Made by a program: the position numbers and the translations under genes. Of a stretch of DNA of 64,000 bases, positions 18,519 through 28,103 are shown one piece after another. This DNA is from Archaeoglobus sp. JdFR-37 (lineage in GTDB: Archaea; Halobacteriota; Archaeoglobi; Archaeoglobales; Archaeoglobaceae): assembly GCA_002010215.1 (NCBI GenBank), contig MTMY01000003.1:62001-126000 (forward strand), read 5' to 3'. Under the pieces are notes generated by a model, which was not told where the DNA came from, made no database searches, and was given only the letters and a program-made list of their open reading frames with translations. Each line of letters begins with the position of its first letter. Position 1 is the first letter of the stretch.

Positions 18519-19796
18519 TTAAAATTTTATTTTTACTTTCCCAAAACAAACACTCCCTGTGACGGTGTTTTCAATCTGCCTGATGTCTTCAGCTATGTAT
18601 TCAATTTTTCTCAGGAATTCGTAGATGTTCCCGTAGATCATCCCACCTCTTATTCCCCTCCCGTCAAGAAATCCTACATTTATCTCGACGCTGAAATCAC
18701 CGCTTATCGGGTTCGAGGTGTGGGCACCTATAAGTGAGTGGGCATAGAGGCAACTTTCATCCCATTCATCCACTTCAGGATGTATGAGAACCACGTTGGT
18801 CGGAGAGGGTTGTGGATACTCAGTTATCTCCTCTCTGAACCCGTTGCCGGTAACTTCAATGCCAAGCTCGGCGGCGAAGCGGAAGTCAGTGATGTAGCCC
18901 TCAAGTACACCATCATCTACCATTACCGTCGTCTGGGTTTCAACCCCCTCATCGTCAAATGAGACCGTGTTAAGTCCATAACTGAGCTTTCCATCATCGT
19001 AGATCGTCAGCTCTCCAAACATCTCTTCTCCTATTCTACCTGCAAGAACGCTCCGCTGTCTGGCAACATTATCAGCCCTGAATGCCGGATAAAGTGAGAA
19101 GCTGAGAAGCTGCTGGGTTGCTATGGGTGATAGGACGAGCTCATAATTGTCTGAATCAGGTTTTACAGACTTATCGGCCATCTTTGCCAGCTCTCCAGCT
19201 CTTCTCCCTATAAACTCAAAGTCGGTCGTATCAAAAAACCTCGTTTCATCCATTTCGTAGGCACTACTTTCCTTATATACCGCCTCAAGGAAACCGCTGG
19301 AGTAAGTCTCTTCCTCAGAAACCTGAATTCCAGAGGAGTTGACAACACTCCTTTCAACCCATCCAAGCTCCACAGCCCCAAAAGCCGGATTGGATCCTGT
19401 TTCAAGACAGGAGTTGATAATAAGAGTTAAAGCTTCTTTAACATGAGACGCATTAGGCATTTTGAGATACGAATCGAAAATACCTTCAGCATAGTTTCTT
19501 ACTCTTTCTGACGGGAACTCTCCCATCCTCTCCTCTGATATCTTAGCTACCTTAATTGCAGCCTCAACAAGGGATTCAGAGGTCCGTCCGGAGGCGAAGC
19601 CAACTTTCCCATCAACTATAACCCTTATAGCTGCTGTTTCTTCCCTTTCCTGCTTTATGCCCTTAATTTTCCCCTTTTCTACAATACCTGAGGCTGTGCT
19701 GTACCTTTCCAAGTATATCTCCCAGTCATCTGCTCTCCTGTCCAGTTCTGAGGTAAGCCTCTCAATGTCCGTTTGATTTCCCATTTGATTTTTCAT
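18519..19796 (-). CDS. TldD/PmbA family protein (PmbA-like)
   Basis: FDDEG, TGNG and HTSNPISGDFS motifs, no HExxH, downstream of TldD. Confidence 0.85.
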   Translation of the reverse strand: MKNQMGNQTDIERLTSELDRRADDWEIYLERYSTASGIVEKGKIKGIKQEREETAAIRVIVDGKVGFASGRTSESLVEAAIKVAKISEERMGEFPSERVRNYAEGIFDSYLKMPNASHVKEALTLIINSCLETGSNPAFGAVELGWVERSVVNSSGIQVSEEETYSSGFLEAVYKESSAYEMDETRFFDTTDFEFIGRRAGELAKMADKSVKPDSDNYELVLSPIATQQLLSFSLYPAFRADNVARQRSVLAGRIGEEMFGELTIYDDGKLSYGLNTVSFDDEGVETQTTVMVDDGVLEGYITDFRFAAELGIEVTGNGFREEITEYPQPSPTNVVLIHPEVDEWDESCLYAHSLIGAHTSNPISGDFSVEINVGFLDGRGIRGGMIYGNIYEFLRKIEYIAEDIRQIENTVTGSVCFGKVKIKF

Positions 19797-19852
19797 TTTC
19801 ATCACCTTTTCACATATCCTTGCACAATTCTTTCAATCATTTCGCTCATCTA

Positions 19853-21154
19853 TCACATCCCGCCTACCAGCGCCTTCACCAAAGTTGGCGGAGCACCATC
19901 GCTGACTGGAACAAGTTGCCCTGCTTTCCCGCAAAAGCCCGGATTGAACTCCAGCCCTCTCCCAACCTTCATTGAATGCAGGATTTCCAGCGTGTTTCCG
20001 GAGATTGAAACGTCCCTTATCATTTCCTGTATCTCCCCTTTCCTCACCATAAAACCGTACTGGGCGTTGAAGTGGAAGTAGCCTGTGGCAGGATTTGTCT
20101 CACCACCCCTTGAGCCTATAAGATATACTCCCTCTTTCATCTCCGCCAAAAGCTCTTCCAAGCTGAGCTCGCCCTCATTGATGAAGGTGTTGCTCATTCT
20201 GACTATTGGAACATCCACCCCCTGTGCTCTCGCATTCCCCGGCTGCCCATTGAGCTTTGCAGCAGTCTCACGGGAGTGAAGGTAGGACTTGAGGACACCG
20301 TTCTCTATGATGGCTTTTCTGTTTGCTTGAATGCCTTCATCATCAAAGGGGAAAAACCCGAATTCTTCTATGCTAGGATCGTCGTAAACATTTACACCCT
20401 CTGCTCCAACTTTTTGCCCTATTCTTCCTGCAACGATGCTGGCTCCCTGCAAGATGTGGTCTGCTTCAACGGCATGACCAAAAGCTTCATGGATGAAAAC
20501 ACCACCCAGAGAAGAATCCATGAGGACATTCATTTTCCCAGAAGGTGGTGGAGAGGCGTTTATAAGCTCCTTTAGAACCTCCAGTATGTGTGAGCCGATC
20601 TTCTTTCCTTCTGCAGCCTCCTTGGCAACCTCAAAGCCCCCTGCCCGCATATATCTTTTTGAATAGAACTGAAGGGTTTTTCCTTTTCCAACTGCCTGAG
20701 CAACAACCCCACTTCGAGGAACTTCATAATACACCTCAACGCCACTTGAATTCCTATAGTGGAATCTCCTGATTATCTCCATATATGCAACTCTGGTGTT
20801 TACCACAAAATCTGCATTCATTTCTCCCTCAATATCTCTCAAAATCTCCACCTTCTCCTCGAAATGGATATCTTCGAGTTTTATTTTCTCTTTGAAGAAA
20901 TAATCTCTGGGACTTGTTTTATCGGCATCATCCACGTAAACGGCGGAATCGCTTTCAAAAACACAGTTTTCAGCAGCGAGCTTTAGCCCTTCAGAATCAT
21001 CTACATTGCCAGAAAAATATCCCCAAAATCCATTTTTCAGAACCCTGAAAGCTTTGCTTCTATCTATGTGGATTCTGGGTCTCTCAACTCTTCCATCCTC
21101 CAGAATCAGCGTGAGAGATACATTTTCTATCTCTCTTATATCATAAAACTCCAT
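19853..21154 (-). CDS. tldD: TldD family metalloprotease
   Basis: HEAFGHAVEAD, DDEG, RMSNT and CGKAGQ motifs. Start trimmed to ATG 21154. Confidence 0.9.
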   Translation of the reverse strand: MEFYDIREIENVSLTLILEDGRVERPRIHIDRSKAFRVLKNGFWGYFSGNVDDSEGLKLAAENCVFESDSAVYVDDADKTSPRDYFFKEKIKLEDIHFEEKVEILRDIEGEMNADFVVNTRVAYMEIIRRFHYRNSSGVEVYYEVPRSGVVAQAVGKGKTLQFYSKRYMRAGGFEVAKEAAEGKKIGSHILEVLKELINASPPPSGKMNVLMDSSLGGVFIHEAFGHAVEADHILQGASIVAGRIGQKVGAEGVNVYDDPSIEEFGFFPFDDEGIQANRKAIIENGVLKSYLHSRETAAKLNGQPGNARAQGVDVPIVRMSNTFINEGELSLEELLAEMKEGVYLIGSRGGETNPATGYFHFNAQYGFMVRKGEIQEMIRDVSISGNTLEILHSMKVGRGLEFNPGFCGKAGQLVPVSDGAPPTLVKALVGGM

Positions 21155-21215
21155 GAAGGGGAAAAGAGAGTTGAAATTAAAAATCTTTTGAGCTTTAAAT
21201 TGAAACAATCCGATT

Positions 21216-23090
21216 CTAAACCTCGGCGTATGCTAAAGCTCTGAGCTTCCCTATAAGTCTATCCCGCTCCTCTGATGGCACCAAGGCGTGTTCAAGCACT
21301 TCGTCAATTCTCGACACCGGGATGATTTCGATTCTGCCTTCGTGCTCGGCATCCAGCAGAACGTCATCTATGTTGTCCTTGGGGATTATCACCCTCTTTA
21401 TCCCTGCTTGAATGGCTGCTTCTATCTTCTGGGTTACTCCGCCAACTGGGAGCACCTCACCTTTCACAGAAAGGCTACCGGTCATAGCAACGCCCTGATC
21501 AACTGGGATGCCCTCGATGGCACTTATAACTGCTGTTGCTATACTTATACTGGCTGAATCACCCTCAACTCCCTCATACGTCCCAACAAACTGGATGTGA
21601 ACGTCAAAGTTGGATATGTCTCTTCCCATTATCTTTTTGACGATTGCAGACACGTTCATGACTGCTTCTCTGGCAATTTCCTGCAATCTTCCGGTGGCGA
21701 TTACCTTACCCTCTTCTTTGCTCAAAGCTGGCGTCACTTCGGCGATTATTGGAAGCACTATTCCCGCTGCTTCACCAATTACTGCCAAGCCGTTTACTCT
21801 GCCAACATCAGCACCCTCATTCATGAAGAGCCTATAGTCCTTTCTTCTCTCGATGTACTTGTCTGCCAGCTGCTCCTCAATCGTTTTGGCGATCTTCTTC
21901 GCTTTCAATACATGCTCAACTCTTACGAGCTCGCTGCCTTCACCTTTGGCTATGTCTCCTGCCATCCTCACTATGCCTCCCAGTTCTCTGAGTCGAAGCG
22001 TCAGGTGCTTCCTCCTTCCAGCCCTCCTCTTTGCCTCCCTGATTATCTCGGCAACCGCATACTTATCGAAATGGGGGATTTTACCGTCCCTTATAATCTC
22101 CTGAGCCACAAATCTGACCAGCTTTCTTCGATTCTCTGGCGTATCCTCGATGGTATCGTTCATGTAAAGTTCATAACCATAGCCTCTAATCCTGCTTCTC
22201 AGAGCCGGATGCATTCCCATCAACGCATCCAAGTTTCCGGCAGCAACAAGGATGAAGTCACACGGCACCGGCTCCGTCCTCACCATGGCTCCGCTGCTTC
22301 TTTCAGACTGTCCTGTAATTGGAAACTTCTTCTCCTGCAAAGCTGTCAGTATTTTCTGCTGGGATTCGATAGTCATGGTGTTGATTTCGTCAATGTAGAG
22401 AACTCCTCTGTGGGCCCTGTGAATGGCTCCAGCTTCTACCCTCTCGTGGGCAGGAGTTTCAAGTCCACCGCTCTGGAAAGGGTCATGGCGGACGTCACCA
22501 AAGAGTGCTCCGGCATGAGCACCTGTAGCATCTTCGAAGGGAGCAGATTCTCTGCCTGCGTTGTTGACGAGAAGCTTGGGAACGTTCTTTTCCTCTCTCG
22601 GCAGTATGTACCGTGAAACAAGGAACAGCATCGCTGCAGCGATAATTCCCCAGAGCATCTGACCTTCTAAGGCAGCGTAACCTATTATGAAGAAAATTAG
22701 CATGAAGAGGAAGAAGTTCCTTGCCTGGGCTCTTTTCATGGCCTCCTGCTTGTAAGCCTCAACTATCTCCCTACCTTTTCCGGCAGGAACAGTTCTTATC
22801 CTAGGTTGGTTGGGGTCTTCAGGATTTGGATAGACGAGGATATCTTCCAGCTCTTCCTTGGGCAGAAGCTCAGCCATTGCCTTTGCAAGCATTGATTTGC
22901 CCGTTCCAGGCGATCCGATGAGCATTACGTGCCTTTTCTGGATTGCAGCCTTTTTTATGGCTTCAACAGCATGATCCTGACCTATAACCTGATCTATGAG
23001 CTTCTTGGGTACTTCAATCTCTGCCGTAGTCTCAAATTCCATTCCACCAAGCAGTTCTTCTATCGTTTCCTCGTAATTTTCTGGGGGCAT
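21216..23090 (-). CDS. lonB: Membrane-bound ATP-dependent protease LonB
   Basis: GSPGTGKS Walker A, TM insertion, EGDSAS catalytic Ser, K in GGVTQK. No intein. Confidence 0.95.
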   Translation of the reverse strand: MPPENYEETIEELLGGMEFETTAEIEVPKKLIDQVIGQDHAVEAIKKAAIQKRHVMLIGSPGTGKSMLAKAMAELLPKEELEDILVYPNPEDPNQPRIRTVPAGKGREIVEAYKQEAMKRAQARNFFLFMLIFFIIGYAALEGQMLWGIIAAAMLFLVSRYILPREEKNVPKLLVNNAGRESAPFEDATGAHAGALFGDVRHDPFQSGGLETPAHERVEAGAIHRAHRGVLYIDEINTMTIESQQKILTALQEKKFPITGQSERSSGAMVRTEPVPCDFILVAAGNLDALMGMHPALRSRIRGYGYELYMNDTIEDTPENRRKLVRFVAQEIIRDGKIPHFDKYAVAEIIREAKRRAGRRKHLTLRLRELGGIVRMAGDIAKGEGSELVRVEHVLKAKKIAKTIEEQLADKYIERRKDYRLFMNEGADVGRVNGLAVIGEAAGIVLPIIAEVTPALSKEEGKVIATGRLQEIAREAVMNVSAIVKKIMGRDISNFDVHIQFVGTYEGVEGDSASISIATAVISAIEGIPVDQGVAMTGSLSVKGEVLPVGGVTQKIEAAIQAGIKRVIIPKDNIDDVLLDAEHEGRIEIIPVSRIDEVLEHALVPSEERDRLIGKLRALAYAEV

Positions 23091-23124
23091 CTTAAATCAA
23101 CTTGGTTAAATTTGCTTAAATAAA

Positions 23125-25383
23125 TTATCCACACTTGGTGTAACCGCACATTCTACATGTCATGCATCCCTCACCATACTCAAGGATGTTGCCACATTCC
23201 GGACAGACACCACCGATAAGTTTCGTTCTCACCTTTTCTTCTCCTTCAGCTTCTTCCGTGAACTCCGTAAGGGGTATTATTCCCGAAACATCCACCTTTA
23301 TGCGCTTGTACTCACCTTTGAGGTATTTGTCCAAGATCTTAGCAACACCATCGGCACAGCTGGTAACGATCTCTCCATTGTCGAAGCCGATAGACGGGCA
23401 TCTTATCCCTTTGAGCTGCCTTATCAGCGCCTCAGGATTCACCCAGCTCCGCAGCGCTATGCTGAGGAGCCTGCCAATCGCTTCGGTTTGCGAAGCTGCA
23501 CAACCACCGCTCTTGCCCAGCTGCACGAAAACCTCAGCAATCCCGTGCTCGTCCTCGTTGATGGTGACGTAGAGGGAACCGCAGCCGGTTCTGGTTTCAA
23601 TGGTTCTGCCCGTGGTTATCTTAGGCCTGGACCTTGGCTCGATGTACTTCTCGGGTTTCCTGAGAACCCTCTCTTCCCTCTTCTTCTCGGTCTTCTTAGT
23701 CTTCAGAACCTGCTCTTCCCTGCTCCCATCTCTGTAAACCGTCAACCCCTTGCACCCCAGCTCATAGGCCAGCAGCAGAGCATTCTCAACGTCTTTTCTG
23801 GTTGCGTGATTCGGCATGTTTATGGTCTTGCTGACAGCATTGTCGGTGTACTTCTGAAAAGCTGCCTGCATCCTGACGTGCCATTCCGGAGCTATATCCA
23901 AAGCGCACTTGAACACCTTTCGTATTTCTTCTGGGATCTCGGTAATATTCTGGATGCTTCCTTCTTCGGTAACCTTCTCAAGAATGTCGTTTCTCAGCAG
24001 GTTCAGGGCTTTCAGGGCGTTCTCGAAAATGGGGTTTACCTCGAAGAATTCTTCGCCGTCAAGTACATTTGTTCTCTTGTATGCGAGGGCATAGACCGGT
24101 TCGATGCCGCTTGAGCAGCCAGCTATGATGCTTATGGTGCCTGTGGGAGCGATAGTAGTGGTGGTGGCGTTTCTGATCTTTATCCCCTTTCCCTCCCACA
24201 CGCTCCCCTTCCAGTTGGGGAATACGCCACGCTCCTCTGCAAGGTGTTGCGACGCTTTATGGCTCTCCTCCTGAATGAACTTCATCAGCTTTTCAGCAAG
24301 CTGTATGGCTTCATCGCTGTCGTAAGGGATGCCAAGCTTGAAAAGCAGATCAGCCCATCCCATTACACCAAGGCCTATCTTTCTGTTTGCTTTTGTCATC
24401 TCCTCTATCTCGGGAATGGGATAGTTGTTCACGTCTATGACGTTATCAAGGAACCTCACGGCTATCCAGACAACCTCTCTAAGCCTGTCCCAATCAATGC
24501 TGCCATCTTTCACGAAGGCCGAGACATTTATGCTTCCTAGGTTGCAGGATTCGTAGGGGAGTAGCGGCTGTTCACCGCAAGGATTGGTGGCCTCTATCTG
24601 CCCCACATGGGGCGTCGGGTTGTGCTTATTGACTTCGTCGATGAAAATAACGCCCGGCTCACCGTTTCGCCAGGCTCCCTCCACAATCAGATTGAAGATC
24701 TTTCTAGCGGAAATCTTCCTCACAACTTCTCCGGTTCTGGGGTTGATGAGCTCATAATCAGAATCGTTCTTCAAAGCTTCCATAAAATCGTCGGTGACGG
24801 CTACACTTATGTTGAAGTTTCTAAGCACACCTTCCTCCCACTTGGCAGTTATAAACTCCTCGATGTCGGGGTGATGGACGTTAAGCACGCCCATGTTGGC
24901 TCCACGCCTTTTACCGCCCTGCTTTATCTGCTCCGTTGCAGCATCGAAAATCTTCATGAAGCTTATAGGACCAGAAGCGACGCCCATGGTTGATTTAACT
25001 AAATCACCTTTTGGCCTCAATCGGGAGAAGCTGAATCCAGTTCCACCTCCACTCTTCTGAACCCTCGCCATATCCCAGAGAGCTTTGAAGATGCCGTCTA
25101 TGCTGTCTTCAACAGGTATGACGAAGCAGGCTGAAAGCTGATTAAGCTCAGTTCCAGCGTTCATAAGGGTCGGCGAGTTGGGCAGGAAAAGCTGCTGATC
25201 CATTATCTCGAAAAACTTCTTTGCCCACTCCTCAACATCATTTCCGTAGTTCTCCTCAGCCTTTGCTATGGCCCTCGCAACCCTCCAGAGCATCTCCTCT
25301 GGGGTTTCGACGGGCTCGCCTTTCTCATTCTTCAGCAGGTATCTTTTTCTCAGAACGACTTCAGCAGTTTTGTTTAGCATCAT
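23125..25383 (-). CDS. nrdJ: Class II (adenosylcobalamin-dependent) ribonucleotide reductase with C-terminal TSCPD-like and zinc-ribbon domains
   Basis: PNSPTLMNAG, SACFV, TNPCGEQ, APTGTIS, TSCADG, C-terminal CPEC/CRMC. No ATP-cone and no intein seen. Confidence 0.92.
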   Translation of the reverse strand: MMLNKTAEVVLRKRYLLKNEKGEPVETPEEMLWRVARAIAKAEENYGNDVEEWAKKFFEIMDQQLFLPNSPTLMNAGTELNQLSACFVIPVEDSIDGIFKALWDMARVQKSGGGTGFSFSRLRPKGDLVKSTMGVASGPISFMKIFDAATEQIKQGGKRRGANMGVLNVHHPDIEEFITAKWEEGVLRNFNISVAVTDDFMEALKNDSDYELINPRTGEVVRKISARKIFNLIVEGAWRNGEPGVIFIDEVNKHNPTPHVGQIEATNPCGEQPLLPYESCNLGSINVSAFVKDGSIDWDRLREVVWIAVRFLDNVIDVNNYPIPEIEEMTKANRKIGLGVMGWADLLFKLGIPYDSDEAIQLAEKLMKFIQEESHKASQHLAEERGVFPNWKGSVWEGKGIKIRNATTTTIAPTGTISIIAGCSSGIEPVYALAYKRTNVLDGEEFFEVNPIFENALKALNLLRNDILEKVTEEGSIQNITEIPEEIRKVFKCALDIAPEWHVRMQAAFQKYTDNAVSKTINMPNHATRKDVENALLLAYELGCKGLTVYRDGSREEQVLKTKKTEKKREERVLRKPEKYIEPRSRPKITTGRTIETRTGCGSLYVTINEDEHGIAEVFVQLGKSGGCAASQTEAIGRLLSIALRSWVNPEALIRQLKGIRCPSIGFDNGEIVTSCADGVAKILDKYLKGEYKRIKVDVSGIIPLTEFTEEAEGEEKVRTKLIGGVCPECGNILEYGEGCMTCRMCGYTKCG

Positions 25384-25533
25384 ATTTTATCCCACCATTT
25401 TAATGCTGCTGGATATTTAACTCTGTTTCAGTCGATGCATAGGAAAGCTTCGACTGGGGTGAAAGTAATTTTTATGATTTGGAAGAATCCTGTAATAATT
25501 AGTTAGATTAACAATTTGAAAAAGGTGGTAGTA

Positions 25534-26667
25534 ATGTACGATGTTGCTATAATCGGAGCTGGATTTGCAGGGGCCAACTTAGCATCAAAGCTCGAAAATC
25601 TCGACGTAATAGTAATCGACAGATCTCCAGGCAGTAAAGATGTATCTGCTGTCACATTTATAGATGTCGTTGAAGGTAATTCCTCAGCTGCAGCTGATGG
25701 AGTCATAAAGTCAACTTATTCAAAATTTACGCTTTTCAATACTCTCGGAGACATAATAGAATACTCTTTTGATCAGGAAATTTTCTGCCTTGTTGATTAC
25801 TCAAAACTTTGCAAAAATATTTGGAATGATGTGGTTAATGCTGAAGTTATTTCATACAGTGGAAACCTCGTTGTAACTAAGGATGAAAAGATAAAAGCCA
25901 GAGTAATTGCAGACTGTTCTGGGATTGGTGGGGAGAGTCTTAGAGCTGCAAATAAAATACAACTTCCACCTGTCATCAATGCCCTAGCCTTCCAGCAGCT
26001 TAAGAATCCCGAAGTGAATAAAGACTCATTCTATCTCATAATGGGTTTTGCCAATTTTGGAGGATGGATATACCCCCATGGTAGAGGAGGAGAATTTGGA
26101 ATGGCCAACAGGTTCAAAAGAGGTGCCGAGCTGACGTTCCCGGATTTACAGATGGCCAAAGAGCTGGAGGCTGTAAAGAGGTTCACTGGAAGTGAGGAAG
26201 GTGGAGAAGTTCTGAAAGTCACATACCCCTATGGATTTGTGAAAAAGGTGGTTTACGGAAATACTGTTTTACTGGGCGATTCAGCAGGCCTGACGCATCC
26301 AGTGTATGGAATGAGTCTTCATTACATATCCCATATGTCTGCAATTCTTGCTACCATCATCGAGGAATACATAAAAAGCACCACAAAGCTCAGCGATTAT
26401 CAAAGATACTGGAGGAACTTTATCAGTGGAATTAGAACCATGGTCTGTAGAGGATATGCGATATGGGACATGCCTTTAGAGATTCAGGAAAATCTGGTGA
26501 GGTTGCAGAAAAGAATGGACATCTCGCCCAGATCTATACTAGAAGATATTCGTGGTTTGAGAAAATATGATGTGTATGCGAAAAATCCACCCAGCATAAC
26601 TGACTACCCTGTGAAACTGCTTTTGAAGGTCCTGTTCTACTGGTTTAAATCCCTGTTCTGGATTTGA
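25534..26667 (+). CDS. FAD-dependent oxidoreductase (geranylgeranyl reductase/lycopene cyclase superfamily, divergent)
   Basis: YDVAIIGAGFAG Rossmann motif, ADCSG, GGWIYP (cf. YxWxFP), GDSAG...P..G. ATG 25534 follows AGGTGG. Confidence 0.8.
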   Translation: MYDVAIIGAGFAGANLASKLENLDVIVIDRSPGSKDVSAVTFIDVVEGNSSAAADGVIKSTYSKFTLFNTLGDIIEYSFDQEIFCLVDYSKLCKNIWNDVVNAEVISYSGNLVVTKDEKIKARVIADCSGIGGESLRAANKIQLPPVINALAFQQLKNPEVNKDSFYLIMGFANFGGWIYPHGRGGEFGMANRFKRGAELTFPDLQMAKELEAVKRFTGSEEGGEVLKVTYPYGFVKKVVYGNTVLLGDSAGLTHPVYGMSLHYISHMSAILATIIEEYIKSTTKLSDYQRYWRNFISGIRTMVCRGYAIWDMPLEIQENLVRLQKRMDISPRSILEDIRGLRKYDVYAKNPPSITDYPVKLLLKVLFYWFKSLFWI

Positions 26668-26711
26668 ATTGATTCACATTCCTAGAATCGGAAGCTTTTT
26701 CAAATTTGATG

Positions 26712-26796
26712 CCTAGACTATTGACCTAGATTATTGAGTTTGAAAAGTTGAAAATCATGATGAGGTAACCATGATGATTATTATATGATGATTATT
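26712..26796. repeat. Cluster of short tandem direct repeats
   Basis: CCTAGA(C/T)TATTGA x2 (26712-26737), TTGAAAA x2 (26740-26754), and ATGATGA at 26757, 26771 and 26785 (14-bp period). Confidence 0.75.
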
Positions 26797-26877
26797 TTAT
26801 ATTAAGATACTTGCCACCTCAGTATGTAATAGTAAACGATAAATATTTTTAATCAGTAATAAGTATCCGGTGATGCG

Positions 26878-27012
26878 ATGAGTTCGGTACTTCCGTTTAA
26901 GAGAACCAAAACGTCTGATTGCCGAGTTATATCAGCTTCATTTTGTCTGAACACTTCAGGGGAAAAGTATTTTAAGGAGAAAAGGAATAGATATTTGAAT
27001 AAACATTTTTGA
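26878..27012 (+). CDS. Possible small protein, 44 aa
   Basis: GGTGA RBS at 26869-26873, then MSSVLPFKRTKTSDCRVISASFCLNTSGEKYFKEKRNRYLNKHF*. Below the ORF-track cutoff. Confidence 0.3.
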   Translation: MSSVLPFKRTKTSDCRVISASFCLNTSGEKYFKEKRNRYLNKHF

Positions 27013-27106
27013 ATAATAATTTTGTTTACATAATTCTAACAATGACAAACATAAAAATGAAAAAATTAATTTACACTATGCCTTTAACACAATATCGGTG
27101 ATGACA

Positions 27107-27169
27107 ATGAGGAAGGAGGAAAAGGTTGAGGAGACATTTAAGAGGGTCAGGCTGTATTTTACTGCCTAA
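27107..27169 (+). CDS. Small peptide, 20 aa (candidate prenylated-peptide precursor)
   Basis: GGTGA RBS at 27097-27101 with 5-nt spacing. Reads MRKEEKVEETFKRVRLYFTA*. Purine-rich, gene-like codons within AT-rich spacer DNA, 55 nt upstream of the UbiA gene. Confidence 0.6.
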   Translation: MRKEEKVEETFKRVRLYFTA

Positions 27170-27224
27170 TATTAATCCACAAAATCATTAAATTTAAATT
27201 AAATAATTTTGATTTCTATTCTGT

Positions 27225-28103
27225 ATGTGGTTAAAAGAAATTGTAAAGGCTTCAGCAACACCACCTACCATAATTTATCCCCTCTTTCTCACCCCTCTTG
27301 CAATTTTCTCCCTCGAACCCTCAAATTCCCTGAAGCTTATAGAAGTTATTCTCTTCAGCGCCTCTTTTCAGTCTGCAGTAAACCTCTGGAATCACGTCAA
27401 CGACATTGAAGAAGACAGTCTTGCCGGCAGGGAGTGGATTATCGTTAGAGATGAGAATGTGAGAAAGGTTTCTGCACTTTTGGCTGCTGGACTCTACTTG
27501 GCGTCAGGATTGATGGTTTACTTCTGGCAGGTCTGGAATATTGGTATCGTATTCTTTTTCTCCGCTCTGATTGCCACATGGCTTTATTCGGATAGATTGA
27601 TTTTGGGCAGATTTATAAGGAGGTTGAAGGAACATTATGTGACCGAAATTCTAACATACTTGATTGCCATCCCCTCCTATGTTCTCACGGTCTGGAGCAT
27701 GTTATCCACTGATTTGAGTAAGGGTGCTGCAATCTCACTGATCTTCCTTTTCTTGATGCTCTCTGCAACCCTTCTGAAAGACCTGAAGGATATTTCAGCA
27801 GACAGAAAAGCGGGGCTTCTTACCTTAGGTGTTGTATTTCACTACAAAACACTACTGAAATCATCTTACCTATTTATATTCTTGTATTACACCTCAATCG
27901 CCTTCTTTGCTTTCTCTGGATTTTTTCCGCAAATTTCTAGTATTTCGATTGTGCCAGCAATCGTTTTAATCTATTCCACATGGAACATGGAGAGAAGGGG
28001 ATGGGACGTTAATGAGGACTCTGTGAAATTTCTAAAACTCATGGTATATTCTACGTTACTATCCCTCGTATTATTTGCTTTTGTGAATATTACTTTCGCA
28101 TGA
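27225..28103 (+). CDS. UbiA family membrane prenyltransferase
   Basis: NHVNDIEED and KDLKDISADRKAG Asp-rich motifs, about 8-9 TM helices. Confidence 0.9.
   Translation: MWLKEIVKASATPPTIIYPLFLTPLAIFSLEPSNSLKLIEVILFSASFQSAVNLWNHVNDIEEDSLAGREWIIVRDENVRKVSALLAAGLYLASGLMVYFWQVWNIGIVFFFSALIATWLYSDRLILGRFIRRLKEHYVTEILTYLIAIPSYVLTVWSMLSTDLSKGAAISLIFLFLMLSATLLKDLKDISADRKAGLLTLGVVFHYKTLLKSSYLFIFLYYTSIAFFAFSGFFPQISSISIVPAIVLIYSTWNMERRGWDVNEDSVKFLKLMVYSTLLSLVLFAFVNITFA

Noticed and set aside
21597..22616. 339-aa plus-strand ORF
   Set aside because: Antisense shadow of lonB with non-protein-like composition.
25384..25533. Cobalamin riboswitch upstream of nrdJ
   Set aside because: The region is too short and lacks a B12-box; only a small hairpin is present.
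26757..26920. C/D box sRNA or CRISPR-like array
   Set aside because: C-box-like ATGATGA is present, but there are no correctly spaced CTGA D boxes. The repeats are too short, lack unique spacers, and no cas genes are present.
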